Source: the human T2T-CHM13v2.0 reference genome, Homo sapiens. From it: a stretch of DNA of 64,000 nucleotides. The notes below the pieces were generated by a model. It was not told the origin of the DNA, searched no databases, and saw nothing but the letters and a program-made list of their open reading frames with translations. The translations under genes and the position numbers were made by a program. The stretch spans positions 22,464,001 to 22,528,000 of the forward strand of contig CP086569.2 of assembly GCA_009914755.4 (NCBI GenBank), read 5' to 3'. Each line of letters starts with the position of its first letter. Within the stretch, counting starts at the first letter, position 1. This document shows positions 39,010 through 51,142 of the stretch, piece after piece.

Positions 39010-40099
39010 ACCTTTAAATTTCTTTCCCTCAATAGTTATTTCACAGGCAGGATGTTTATCAGCAATTTGATTTACCCAATAAGCTGCTTTGCCTTGTTTA
39101 TTTGTGCTTCCAAATCCTTCTGTTCATTTAATTTCAAATTTTCCCATTCTCACATATGGCACAATCAGGAGCTGTGTTATACACTCTCCTGGCTCTGCTT
39201 TCCAGGGAACAGAAGTAGATATAATAATTTAATTTCCCCATTTATCAGGGGAAATTCAGCCAGATATCAGGCAAAATTCACCCCCAATATTTCACGTAGG
39301 TTCTTTTCTGTTTTCCCTAAGTGTCAGCCAGTCTGAGAAATAAAGGGACAAAGTACAAAAGAGAGAAATTTTAAAGCTGGGTGTCCGGGCAGGACATCAC
39401 ATGCTTGCAGGTTCCGTGATGCCCCCTGAGCCATAAAACCAGCAAGTTATTATTAAGGATTTTCAAAAGGGGAGGGAGTGTACAAATAGGGTGTGGGTCA
39501 CAGAGATCACATGCTTCACAAGGTAATAAGATATCAGAAGGCAAATGGAGGCAGGGTGAGATCACAGGACCACAGGACTGGGGCAAAATTAAAATTGCTC
39601 ATGAAGTTTCAGGCATGCATTGTCATTGATAACATCTTACCAGGAGGCATGGTTTGAGAGCAGACAACCGGTCTGACCAAAATTTATTAGGCAGGAATTT
39701 CCTCATCCTATTAAGCCTGGAAGCACTATGGGAGACTGGGGCTCATTTCTTCCCTACAGCTTTGACCATAAAAGATGGCCACCCCCCAAAGTGGCCATTT
39801 TAGAGGCCTACCCTCAGGGATGCATTCTCTTTCTCAGGGATGTTCCTTGCTGAGAAAAAGAATTCAGCGATATTTTTCCCATTTGCTTTTGAAAGAAGAG
39901 AAATGTGTTTCTGTTCTGCTGGCTCACCGGTGGTCAGATTTTAAGGTTATCTCTCTTGTTCCCTGAACATTGCTGTTATCCTGTCTCCCAAATTCTCGAC
40001 CTCTGGAGGCTGAGGTACAAACGGTAACATTTATTGGAAACTCTAGTCCATGAGGAAAGTCTTCATTTCAGAACGTCATTTTTGCTAGGCATTTTTTTT

Positions 40100-41225
40100 T
40101 CATCCAACGAAACTTACCCCCAAGCAGTATTGTTACCTTGTCTGTTCCTCAGGTAGAGATAAAAAGTAGTAATTATACCACACAGAATCACATGATTATG
40201 AGAAAAGCTATTATATGAAACACATGATAGAGTAGAACTTACATATTTTACTGTTCATATTTTTTTGTGCTTGTTTTCCATATGCGTGTCTTTTAGCGAA
40301 GTGTGTGTTCCACTATTTCTTCATTTTGTAATTGGATTGTTTGTCTTTTATGTTGTTGAGTTATACAATTTCTTTATACATTGTGGATAACACACTGTTG
40401 TCACATATATCATGTGTGAATCTTTCTTTCTGTGGTGTGTCTTTTCACTTTCTTGTCAGTGTCTTTTGTTCCACAAAAGTTTTTAATTTGAGGAATTTAT
40501 TTCTTTATTTGCCTGTGATTTTAGTATCACATCTAAGAAATTACTGCTAAATTCAAGGTTATGAACATTTATCCCTATGTTTTCTTCTAGAGTTTACATT
40601 TTTACCTCTGTTTACATATTAAACTTTTTGAACCATTTTGAGTTAATTTTTGAGGCTTCTGAAGCATTTTGAATTAACTTTTCTACATGTTATGAGGATA
40701 GAGTACAATTTATTTGTCTGAATTTTAGTAGTCAGTGGTCTAACACCATTTGTTGAATTTAATGGTCTTGGCTACATGTCAAAAATCAATTGACTATAGA
40801 GGTATTCTTGGACTCAACATTCAGTTCTATCGATCTATATGTTTGTCCTTATGCTAGTATTATGGTCTTTTTATTACTGTTCCTTTGTAGTAATATTTGA
40901 AATTGAGATCCAAGTTGGTTTTTGTTTTCAAGAATATTTTATCTACTCAGAATGCCTTGAAATTTATATGAATGTTATGACTGGCTTGCCCATTTCTGCC
41001 AAAAGAATTTTGGTGTTTCATAGGAATCACAGTGAATTTGTAGATTGCTTTGTGTATTATTGCCATCATACAAAATATCACCTTTAATCCAGAAACATGG
41101 AGTGTCTTTACATCTATTTAGGGTTTCTGAAATTTATTTCAGCAATATGTTATAATTTTTCATGTCTAAGTCTTGCACCGTGGTTAAATTTAAGCTTAAA
41201 ATATTATTACCACTGATTTTGTTGT
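40100..41225 (+). mobile_element. old LINE-1 fragment (3' portion of ORF2 region), boundaries approximate
   Basis: '..acatctaagaaattactgctaaattcaaggttatgaacatttatccctatgttttcttctagagtttacatttttacc..aaccattttgagttaatttttg..' parallels L1 sense-strand sequence; poly-T at 40088-40100 at its left edge. Confidence 0.5.
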
Positions 41226-41400
41226 TGTTTGCGGAAGCGTCTCAGTCTCTGGCCCAGGTGGGAGTGTGGTGGGCGGTGTGCTCACCGCAGCTTCAAACTC
41301 TTTGGCTCGAGCAATCCTTACACCTTTCCCTCCCAAAGAACTGGAATTACAGGCATAAGCCACCACACCACACCTGGCCTTTTTTTTTTTTTTTCTGTTT
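41225..41400 (-). mobile_element. Alu-related fragment (antisense; right-arm/FLAM-like)
   Basis: '..ctcaccgcagcttcaaactctttggctcgagcaatccttacacctttccctcccaaagaactggaattacaggcataagccaccacaccacacctggcc' followed by poly-T. Confidence 0.6.
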
Positions 41401-41619
41401 TGAATGTTGCCAAGGATGTGTTGCTTTACAGTCAATAAAAATATAGTACTTTGAATTGCCCAAAAGGTATAATGTACAAGAACTCTTAAGTCATATAGTT
41501 GACTTGTTGACCATCTGGATACAGTTCAGTTACTTCTTCAAAAATTGTACCTAGTAACATTCCAAAATTATTTTTTTTAAGTTCTTAACTTGTAGCAATA
41601 AACAAAATGTCAAGACTAG

Positions 41620-41935
<316 letters not shown>

Positions 41936-41994
41936 ACACTTTTAAGGAATACTGAAGTTTATTTAAAAGAAAATAAAAATTTCAAATCTTATTC

Positions 41995-42190
41995 CTTTTT
42001 TTGAGACAGGGTCTCTCTGTTGCCCAGGCTAAAGTGCAGAGGTGCCATCATGGCTCACTGCAACCTCTCACTCCCAGGCTCAGTTAATCCTTCCTCTTTA
42101 GCCTCAGTCACTATACCTGGTTGATTTTTTTGTGTGTATTTTTTGTAGAGTTCCCACTTGGCCTCCCAAAGTGCTGGGATTATTGGCATT
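41995..42190 (-). mobile_element. Alu fragment (antisense, internally deleted)
   Basis: 'ttttttgagacagggtctctctgttgcccaggctaaagtgcag..' then '..ggcctcccaaagtgctgggattattggc'. Confidence 0.7.
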
Positions 42191-42557
42191 GATAAAACAT
42201 TTAATATGTTAGGGTTAGATAAAAATCAACATTTTGGCTAAGGTATGAACATTTTTAAAATGCAGTTATTCATTTATGCCTAATTTTCAGCATTTTTATG
42301 TTATCAATTCTCATTTTAAGAGTCATATACAAAGCATAAGGCAAACCCATTTATGAGTTGCATATTTGTTTCACAGTTTGTGAAAATGTCCTTAGTTTGC
42401 TCATATTGCAAACACATTTCAACTCTGCTATGCAAATAACAAAAGGCAACCTTATTTACAATTAATTTTATAGTTACATTGCATACAGGGAATGCACTGT
42501 CTAGATGAAAAATAGCATCTCAACTACAGGTCTTAAACACTGAAAAGAGCTAACAGC

Positions 42558-42852
42558 TGGCCGGGCTCAGTGGCTCACACCTGTAATCCCAGCACTTTGG
42601 GAGGCCAAGGCGGGGTGGATCATGAGGTCAAGAGATCAAGGCCATCCCGGCTAACATGGGGAAATCCCGTCTCTACTAAAAATGCAAAAAATTAGCCGGG
42701 TGTGGTGGCAGTTGCCTGTAGTCCCAGCTATTCGGGAGGCTGAGGCAGGAGAATGGCGTGGACCCAGGAGGCAGAGCTTGTAGTGAGCGGAGATTGTTCC
42801 ACTGCACTCCAGCCAGGGTGACAAAGTGAGACTCCACCTCAAAAATAAATTG
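42558..42852 (+). mobile_element. Alu SINE
   Basis: 'ggccgggctcagtggctcacacctgtaatcccagcactttgggaggccaaggcgggg..' to '..gactccacctcaaaaataaa'. Confidence 0.9.
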
Positions 42853-44104
42853 ACAGCTTATTATAATTTATTTTATTATATCAATTCATTTTATTTATAT
42901 ACAATCAATTGTATTTACATGCAATCTAGAAAGTTCACAGCCATCAGCAGTTCTAGTGCAGCTTCAGGTAAAATGGGAATTTAGGAATCTCTGTGGAACT
43001 GTACATTCAGTGAAATATTTAGGTAAAATATGTGCATACTTTTGGCTGCACTTGTGAAGGGATGTCTCTCAAATTGACCTCAATGCTTTCCTCCTCAGAA
43101 AAATGACCTGGATCACTCAAACGGGTTTCATTGTTGCTGAGGTTTGTGCATGTTCTCCTTTTACAACAAATTTATGACTCAGGATATATCTGTTTGATAT
43201 CATGGCATTAGGGCTTTCACAAGCATTGTAGGTTTTCTCTTCTTCATCCATTATGTTTTTAAGTAATTCTACTTGAATCCTCAGGAACTTGAATAGTTTT
43301 TGTTAGCCCCACAGCCACTGCAGCCCAGGACCGAATGTAGCAACACAGCCTCTGCTCCAAGGCCACCTTCCATGCCCATCTACCTGCCCCTGTGGGTTTT
43401 AGAGCAGTTGGAGTAATCTAGTCCTGTAAGTTTTAATTTGTTTACAAGATTTCATAATTTATTGTTGGTTCCTTATGATTTTATGTATATAAGATTATGA
43501 GATCTATGAGTAGAAAGTTTTACTTTTGTCTTTCACATATGAATATGTTGGTATATATTTGTCTTTTCTAATTGTTCTGGATGGAAGTTCTAAAACAATG
43601 TTGAATACAGTGATGAAAGTGGGCATCAGTGCTACATTCCTAATCTTAAAGATTTGGTACACAGCAGCTCAGATGATGATTGTTATGTGCTTCACATAAA
43701 GATGTTTTATCATATCAAAGAAATTCAAACCCATTTTTTGGATGTTTGTATTATTAAATTTGTTGACTATATTTAAGTAGTTTCTGTAACAGTTGAGATA
43801 AACATGTAGTGTTTTTTCATCATTTAATTTACATAATATATTGAAAAGGGATGGCTTTAGAATGTTGAAAAACCCGTGATTTTCTGAAAAAAGAACTTAG
43901 TCATTCAGGTGTGTAATGTCTTCACTATGTACCTAATTCCATGTACTAGTATTTGTTTAAACATTATGATGTCTATAATTATCAGATTTGTTAATATTTA
44001 GCTTTTTGTCCCAGTGATATCATATGTTTAATTGGCTACTCAATTGGAATTACAAAGAAGTATTGCTTGGTGTACTCTTATGGGCATTAGGGCTTAGAGG
44101 TTAG

Positions 44105-46660
44105 AGTCATAGAGGATATATTTAAAATTTTTTGAAGGAAGATGGGGTAACATTAAACACGGGATAGAAGTTGGGTGTTAGGGATAGGGGTTTACAATTG
44201 CAGAAGAAATGTTAGTGTTAGATTGAGGGTTAGGGCTGGGGTTGGGTTAGGGTCTAGTGTGGTAGGATTAGGGTTAGGGTTAGAATTAGGATTAGGGTCA
44301 GGGGTCAAGTTTAGTTTTAAGTTTAGGGCTAGAGTTAGAATCAGGTTTAGATGTTAGGTTAGGTTAGGTTTGGGATCAGGTTATGCTTAGGTTTAGGTTA
44401 AAAAACAGGCTTATACTTAGAGGTTACGAGCCAGGGTAGGTAGGGTTAGGTTCTAGGTTAGGGTCATGGCCAGGGTTGTGGTCAGTGTTATGAGTTAGAG
44501 TTAAGGTGAGGGTGAGGGTGAGGGTAATAGGGTTAGTGTGTTACTGTTAGGGTTAGGGCTTAGAGTTAGGGTTAGAATAAGGATAAGAATTCAGTTTAGG
44601 TTTTAGGGTTTGGGCTGAGGTTAGGGTTTCAGGTTAGTGTTAACGTTAGGGTTAATGTTTAGAGTTTAGGGTTAGTGTTTAGGGTTTAGGGATAGATTTA
44701 GGGTTATTGTATAGCATTTAGGGTTAGGGTTAAGGTTGCTTTAGGGTTAGGATAAGGGGTTACGGTGAGGCTTAGTGGTAGGTTTGGGTTAGGTTTAGGG
44801 TTGCAGTATAGGATTAGGGTTAAGTTTGGGTTTAGCATTTTCATTTATGCTTAGGGTTAGGGTTTATGCTTATGGTTAGGGTTAAATTCTGTTAGAATTA
44901 GGGGTTAGGGTTTATGTTTAGGCTTAGGGTCAGGGTTTAGGGTTAGGTTTACATTTAGGGTTGTATGTTTGGATTAAGGTTTGTGTTAGGGGTTACAGTT
45001 AGGTTTAGCCTTAGATTTATATTTAATGTTAGCTCTGTTCTATGATTAAGGTGAATTGTGAGGATTAAGGTAGGGTTTAGCATTTATGATTAAGTTTAGG
45101 TATAGGTTTAAAATGTTAGAAGGCTATTGTTAGAGTTATTATTAATTGTTAGGGTTATATCTAGGGTTTAGGGTGTATGGTTAGGGTTGATGTTAGCATT
45201 TAAGGTTTTGTGTTAGCATAGGGCTTGCTTTTAATTTTAGGGTTATGGTTATGATTATGTTACAATTATGATTAGGTTTATGTTCAGGTTTCTTGTTTGG
45301 TGTTTTGGTCTGGGTTAGAGTTTTTGTTTAGTTTGGGTTTGGAGTAGAGATAGGGTTAGGATTAGTGTTAGGGTTATGGGTTAGGGTTATCATTACCTGT
45401 TAGGGTTATTGTTTGAAGTTTAGGGTTTAGGGCATAGTGTTAATGGTTAGGGTTAAGGTTCAGCCTTAGATTTTGAGTTAGGGTTTAGGCTTAGGTCTAG
45501 TGGTCACCTTTGATTAGCGTTTGGGTCAGGGCCTTAGTTTGGCATTAGCGGTTAAAATTTAGATCTAGGTTGTATTGTTTTGGCTAGTTGTTACAGTCTT
45601 TACTAGGCTTAGTGTTTTATGGTTAGGGTTGTTGGTCAATTTGTGGTTGGTTTTGGGGTCACAGTTAGAGTCTGGGTCAGGGTTAGACCTCAGGGTTTGG
45701 GTAGTGTTATGGTTTTGTTAAGTGTTACGTTTATGTTCAGGGTTAGGGATTAGTGGTTACGGCTTGGATTGGGTTAGTGATAGGTTTCAGCATTTATAGT
45801 TACGGTTCGCATTGCAGTTGGGTAGGAATAGGATTTTAGGGTTAAAGTTAGGGTTAGTGTTTTAGCATCAGGGGTATAATTAAAGGGGAGATTTGAGGTT
45901 GGGGTTGTTGTAGGACTGGGGTAGATTTAGAGTTAGTGTTATCGTTTATGGTTAGAGTTCAGATTAGAGTTTATATGTTTGGGTTATGTTCAGTGTTAAG
46001 GTTAGTGTTACGGGGTTAGGGTTTGGATTATAATGTTACTGTTAGCTTTAGGATTTAGTTTAGGGTTAGGGTTAGTGTTTAGCATTAGTGTTAGTGTTTC
46101 AGTGTTAGCGTCAGGTATATATTTAAGTTTGTGTTAAGGTTGGCTTAGGGTCATGTTTAGTGTCAGTGTCATGCTCAGTTTTAGGATTATGTGTTAGAGT
46201 TAGTTTTGGGGTTACAATTAAGGGTCAAGATTGGATTTGGGCTTGGGGTTAGGGTTGGGGATAGGGTTGGAGTTGCAGTTGATGTTGTTCAATATATGGG
46301 TAGTGTTAGTGTCACTGTTTTAAGGTAGGGGTAGAGTAGGTTTAGAGTTAGTGTTAGGGGTAAAAGTAGGAGTTAGGGTTATGTGTTAGGTGTTAGAATT
46401 ACAATTTTAGGGTTAGGTTTTTTGTTTTAGGTTTAGGGTTAGGATTGAGTTTAGTTTAGGGTTAGGGTTTGGGTTAAAAGTTGGGATTTGGGTAGGTTTA
46501 GGGCTGGGGTATGTTTAGGATTGGGGATAGGTGTAGTGGTACATTTAAGTTTAGAGATATGGCTAGTTTTTGGTTTTGGTTGGGGTTAAGATTAGGGTTT
46601 TAGTTAGCATTTTAGGGTTATTTTTAGGGTTTAGTGTTAGTGGTTAGGGTTTGGATTAGA
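44105..46660 (+). repeat. degenerate telomere-like (TTAGGG)n variant-repeat block, ~2.55 kb (interstitial telomeric sequence)
   Basis: Almost pure G/T/A sequence made of 'gttaggg','ggttagg','gtttaggg','ttagggtt' variants throughout, e.g. 'agggttagggttaggg' at ~44700 and 46090. The G-rich strand is the + strand. ORFs called inside are artefacts. Confidence 0.85.
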
Positions 46661-46779
46661 TGTCTTTTTCTGTCTCACTCATGTTCTCCAATGGACCAGT
46701 CATCACAGTTTTTCTGTCCTCAGAAGCCCATATGGACTTCAGACTTATTCAGACTTTGAAATAACTTCTCTTCATGGTG

Positions 46780-47110
46780 GAGTTACCAACTGTGGGCCTC
46801 CTCTCACTGAGACTTATACACTTACTGGGATTGCATGCCTGTAGAGAGATAGGTCTCCTCCTAACTAAGGGATGTAGAGACATCGCAACAACCTTCCTGC
46901 TCATAGAAGCTACCCACTGTGAATCTCCCCTCCACCAAGGGCTTCAGAGAAGTTTACACAACCTGTCTGTCTACTAAAATTTGTATCTGTGGGTCTCCTA
47001 TTTACTGAGTGTTGCACAGATGCAGGTATGTCCTCTTTGTAAAATGGAGTTACCCACTTTTTGTATCCTGAGATCTGTATCTTCACTCAATAAAGCATCT
47101 ATTTACCTTG
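46780..47110 (+). repeat. short degenerate minisatellite-like stretch (~60-70 bp motif, 4-5 copies)
   Basis: recurring 'tgtgggcctcctctcactgag..','tgtgaatctcccctccaccaag..','tgtgggtctcctatttactgag..' motifs; weak. Confidence 0.3.
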
Positions 47111-48647
47111 GTTACTCTCCATTTTCCCACATATGTCATTCTTTCTGGACATGGGACAAGAACTCAGGATCCTCTTAATGACACAACTAAAAGTATAGTA
47201 ACAGAAACGGGATTAAAACACTCCAACCCACACTTGCCACATTGTTAGCAGAATTGTTTTTACAAAAAGGATTAGAAGGGCTTAACCCTTTGAGAAGCCT
47301 AGACCTAAACATGTTCAAAGACAGAACTGTGACACCATCTCTGGGGCTCTCCAGTTTCTGGCATTTCTAAGTTTTTGGATGACACTGCATTCTCCAGTGC
47401 CTATGGAGGAAACAGCTTGTGGTATGCCTGATTCAGCCAAAGACTTGCAGGGTGTTGGCACCTGTTCTAGCACTTGTATCAGCTCACCTTATCACAGACA
47501 GTTTGTTTAGCTGTGTACAGTGGCTGGACTCAACAGTCACTCAGGTACCTCTCTCTACTCTGTGTCTGGCTCACCCACAGCAGGAATAGAATCTGAGCTG
47601 ATAGTTTCAGCTAAACACAGCCTGTCAAGCTGAGTCAGTAAAATTAGCTCTGCAACCCCAAGAGAAACTTGGGCAATGCTGCCACCATCCACAGAGATTT
47701 TTGGCTTGAGAAGCAACAGCCTAGAGATACTGTGACAAAAGTAAGATTGTTCACCTGTGGCCAGTAGATTATTCCATCATGCCTATGTAATGAAGCCTCA
47801 ATAAAAATCCAAGAGGACAGGCTTCAGAGAGCTCTGGATAGATAAACTTATAGAGTTTTCTAGAAAATTGTGAGCACATAAAATCAGACACCGATAATTT
47901 TAAATGTCAATGATAATATAAGTGTTTTTCCTTTATTTTGAAAGAAGTTTCAGCATTTGACTATGTGTTCAGAATTTTAACTTATTAAGTAGTACCTATT
48001 CCAAGTTAACCTAACAACTACACATTATAAACATAAAAACTTAAATATTTCCACCTAAATGTTTCTATGATTCACTAATACTACACAAGTTTTGTTTAGA
48101 TAGTGGTTTCTTCATGTTAACCGGGTAAGAACTAGAAACTTATGAAAGAAATTAAAATAAATTGATATCTCAACATGAATTCTAACCATGTGTTCGGTTT
48201 AGAAGTTTGTCTCTCTGAGTTATTTGTGACTTTGTAAAGTCAAAGGCATTGGCTTAGATGTTTCTGTGTCTCTATTTGGGGGAGGGGAGCAGAGAGTGCC
48301 TCACAAAGCATTAGACTCTGCATTCTACGATATAAACAACAAACATTCTTACAGGCTTTTCTGTCATCCAAATCTAATAAAAGACAAGTTTTATCTTTTA
48401 TATAGTAGTAGCCATAAATAAAAATTAGTGCTTTAAAGAACAGTCTAGTGCTCACCAGTCTGCTGTTATATTAGGGCTTATATGGGCATAAAATAATAAC
48501 ATTTGGGCCAAGTAGCTGTTTTATTATTTATTTTAAAGGTAGAGTGCTTAAAATGCCTTGATAATATTAAATAAATATCTTGTACATTTCCAGTTCTCAT
48601 TTCAAGCTTTAGCTATGGGTAATATTGTTTGGGGCTATTAAGATAGA

Positions 48648-50276
48648 TTAGGGCATCTTGGAGCTAATTATGTATTCTGCTGAGCTCAATCCTTCTGTCC
48701 TGAGCAGACAGACTGGCACATGCTTTAACATGGATTCTATCCCTTGTGCTGAGCCCCAGATTTTCTTTAGCACTTCACACACTCTCACATTGGCCTGTTT
48801 CATCTCCATCATAACATTACAGTGAACAAGAGTGTTACATTCCTTTAGCAAAACTGGATTACATGAGGCAAGCTCCTTAATAGGGATCCTAACCTCTTGG
48901 GTGAAAGTTGCAGCCCAAGACACCTGAGGGACCAGGCCTTTGGCACATGCATTTCATGCTGTCGGCTTTCACCAACCAATCAACATTTCATTGGAAGATG
49001 CTCCACCCATCATCTTGGGAAATGTGATGGTAGAACAGCCCCCTGGACTCTGTCTAAAGGTTGTACAAGTGGTGTGAAACAAAGCCTTTTCTTTACCTCA
49101 AACCAAATCACAAAAAGCATTATAGATGCACCTAGTCCAATGCCTGGGCTACTGGCTGGTACAATAGTCTTCGTAAACAGAGTGAAAGTATTCACAAAGT
49201 TCTTGATGGTGACCACCATTTCAATGCTTGCTCTGTTTCTGTCATTTCTTAAATGCACACAAAATCAAGACCACAGCAAAAGGCACTGCCAGCTACACTG
49301 AGCAGCATGAGCTTGCTGTCATTCCCAGTGGCCATATTCAGAGAATTCTCAATTTCTTTCATTACTTCTTTATTTAGTGAGTTTTTCTCTGTTGATCTAG
49401 TTGATAGCAACATCTGGTGAAGCCATCCTCTTTCCTCACCACAATGTCTCTAAACCTGCTGGCACTTTCTGTTAGCCTTATGGAGAAATACATCCTTTTG
49501 ATAAAAGGCTGATTTTTTTCATCATCAATTGTCTTTCTTTGCCCAACTCTCACCCTTGGAACACATATATACATGTTTCTTGTTCCATTGGCTGTTAGTG
49601 GATCCATTAATTCCAGTGTACCTTCCTTATTACCTGAGCCTGTGGCCATGGAAGTAGTAATTGAGCCAGACAGCTGAGACATTAGTGGGTGTATCTGGGG
49701 CCACTTCGCTCTTCCAGCCTGGTTTGCACCAAGATCTGCTAAAGCTCTGATGGGCTTCTCTGATGCCACCTTGTGCACTGACATGTCCTGCGAATCTGGT
49801 GCAACAGGGTCCAGTTTCTCAGGTTCATGAAAGCCATTCTCGGTGTTTTTGCTGTTAACAGTCTCAGAATTGCAAATGTCTTGATAGTTGAATTTACCAG
49901 CTCCATATTTTTGGGTTGGAGAGAGGTGAAGCTGCATTTTCCTAACGTTCTGGCTGGCAGCAAACGACTGGCTGTTTTTGGATTTGTGATGTTTACCTGT
50001 CATTTTTTTATGAGAGTTCTTAGAAAAGTTGGCGTTCGTAGACCTGGAAGTTCCTTTTTCTGACATTGATTGAAAAAGTTCTACCTGTTCTTGTCAGTAT
50101 ACTTTTTTTCTGATTTTTAGTCATCTCTTGTAGTCATAAATACATTTACCGCAGTTCACGAGGTCCTGCTCTGGTTCCCAAGTGTCAGCCTTTTCATTGA
50201 ACCAAATACTCTGTCTTCCCTTTTATGTCTTGCCTTTTGTCAATAATAGTTCAAACTTCAACCTCCTGGGTAGCCA
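48648..50276 (-). pseudogene. CDY/CDYL-family processed pseudogene (chromodomain + enoyl-CoA hydratase-like domain), intronless, multiple stops/frameshifts
   Basis: Minus-strand translation at ~50276-50070 gives 'MATQEVEV*TIIDKRQDIKGKTEYLVQ*KG..TWEPEQDLVNC', matching the CDY/CDYL chromodomain 'MASQEFEVEAIVDKRQD..YLVRWKGYD..TWEPEQHL'. The 230-aa ORF 49374-50066 has 'SRSTNANFSKNS..KSKNSQSFAASQNV..EKLDPVAPD..IHPLMSQLSGS..MATGS..DPLTANGT..DQPFIKRMYFSIRLTESASRFRDIVVRKEDGFT', colinear with the CDY/CDYL middle region. ORFs 49010-49258 ('IEMVVTIKNFVNTF..PGIGLGASI') and 48648-48923 ('FTQEV.I.IKELASCNP..KKIWGSAQGIESMLK') match the ECH-like domain. The chromodomain-to-ECH region is continuous (no introns). 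Confidence 0.85.
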
Positions 50277-50784
50277 TGAAGAAAGAGACAGGATTGAGGC
50301 AGTTGCTGTGGCAACTTTGTTTCAGTTCAGTCTCCACATAGTCCCTGCTTTCTGCCTCCAGTGCTTCATCAGGCCCTGGGTATGGATGAGTCTCTTCCAC
50401 TACATGACCACTGGCATAGTAAAAGTTGTGGGAAGAAGCAGCTATGCTATGTGCCTCAGGCTCTCCACATTTACTCCATGGTGGGACAGCTCAGGCTTCT
50501 GTTCAAGGTGCCAAGATGGCTGGCTAGGTAGCGTCTGGTAAGACCAACTAAATCCACAGCTCCTTCTCACGGATGTAGTGCAGAAAGCTTTCTACCTGCC
50601 TGTTCTCTTTCCTTTGTAGTTGCTATGATGATTATATTGAACATCCTAAAGTTATAACACGTTCAAAGTCACGTTAGTTTACTTTCAGTAACACATGAAA
50701 CCCCTACTCATTTATAGCACAACCCCCATTATTTCACTTGTTGATTTCTCAAAATTATACCTTTATGCATTGTATTGTCAAAAA

Positions 50785-51125
<341 letters not shown>

Positions 51126-51142
51126 GAAAAAACAAAACAAAA

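Larger units (their letters stand above)
35310..40095 (-). mobile_element. HERV-K-like (class II, betaretrovirus-like) provirus remnant: gag(partial)-pro(dUTPase+PR)-pol-env(internally deleted)-probable 3'LTR; 5' part (5'LTR and gag N-terminus) absent
   Basis: Minus-strand ORFs: integrase '[36 protein letters not shown]' (37005-37595), RNaseH end (37744-37947), protease/RT start '..VDTVVDISVI..NLWGRDLLQQWG..KLEALEKLVTEQLENGHI' (38452-39009), env SU/TM fragments (35915-36524). My own translation finds dUTPase remnants ('GECITQLLIVPYVRMGKFEIK','TEGFGSTNKQGKAAYW','INGEIKLLY') at 39010-39340 and gag NC/CA remnants at 39340-40095. Confidence 0.8.

Noticed and set aside
39340-39800. Initially read as a retroviral LTR upstream of dUTPase
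   Set aside because: Reverse-complement translation shows gag nucleocapsid/capsid remnants (degenerate CCHC knuckle; 'FQKQMGKISLNSFSQQGTSLRKRMHP' resembles gag CA 'WEKIQDPGSTCPSFNTVRQGSKEPYPDF'). It is coding-derived gag, not LTR.
35310-40095. Hypothesis that the minus-strand HERV-K element (35.3-40.1 kb) and the plus-strand one (61.7-64 kb) are halves of one provirus split by an inversion, or an inverted duplication
   Set aside because: Both contain protease and RT start regions, so they overlap in gene content. Their protease and RT-start peptides differ substantially. They are separate insertions, probably of different HML groups.
44175-44357. 60-aa ORF 'MLGIGVYNCRRNVSVRLRVRAGVGLG...'
   Set aside because: It lies entirely within the degenerate TTAGGG block. 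Gly/Leu/Val/Arg-rich translation of a simple repeat.
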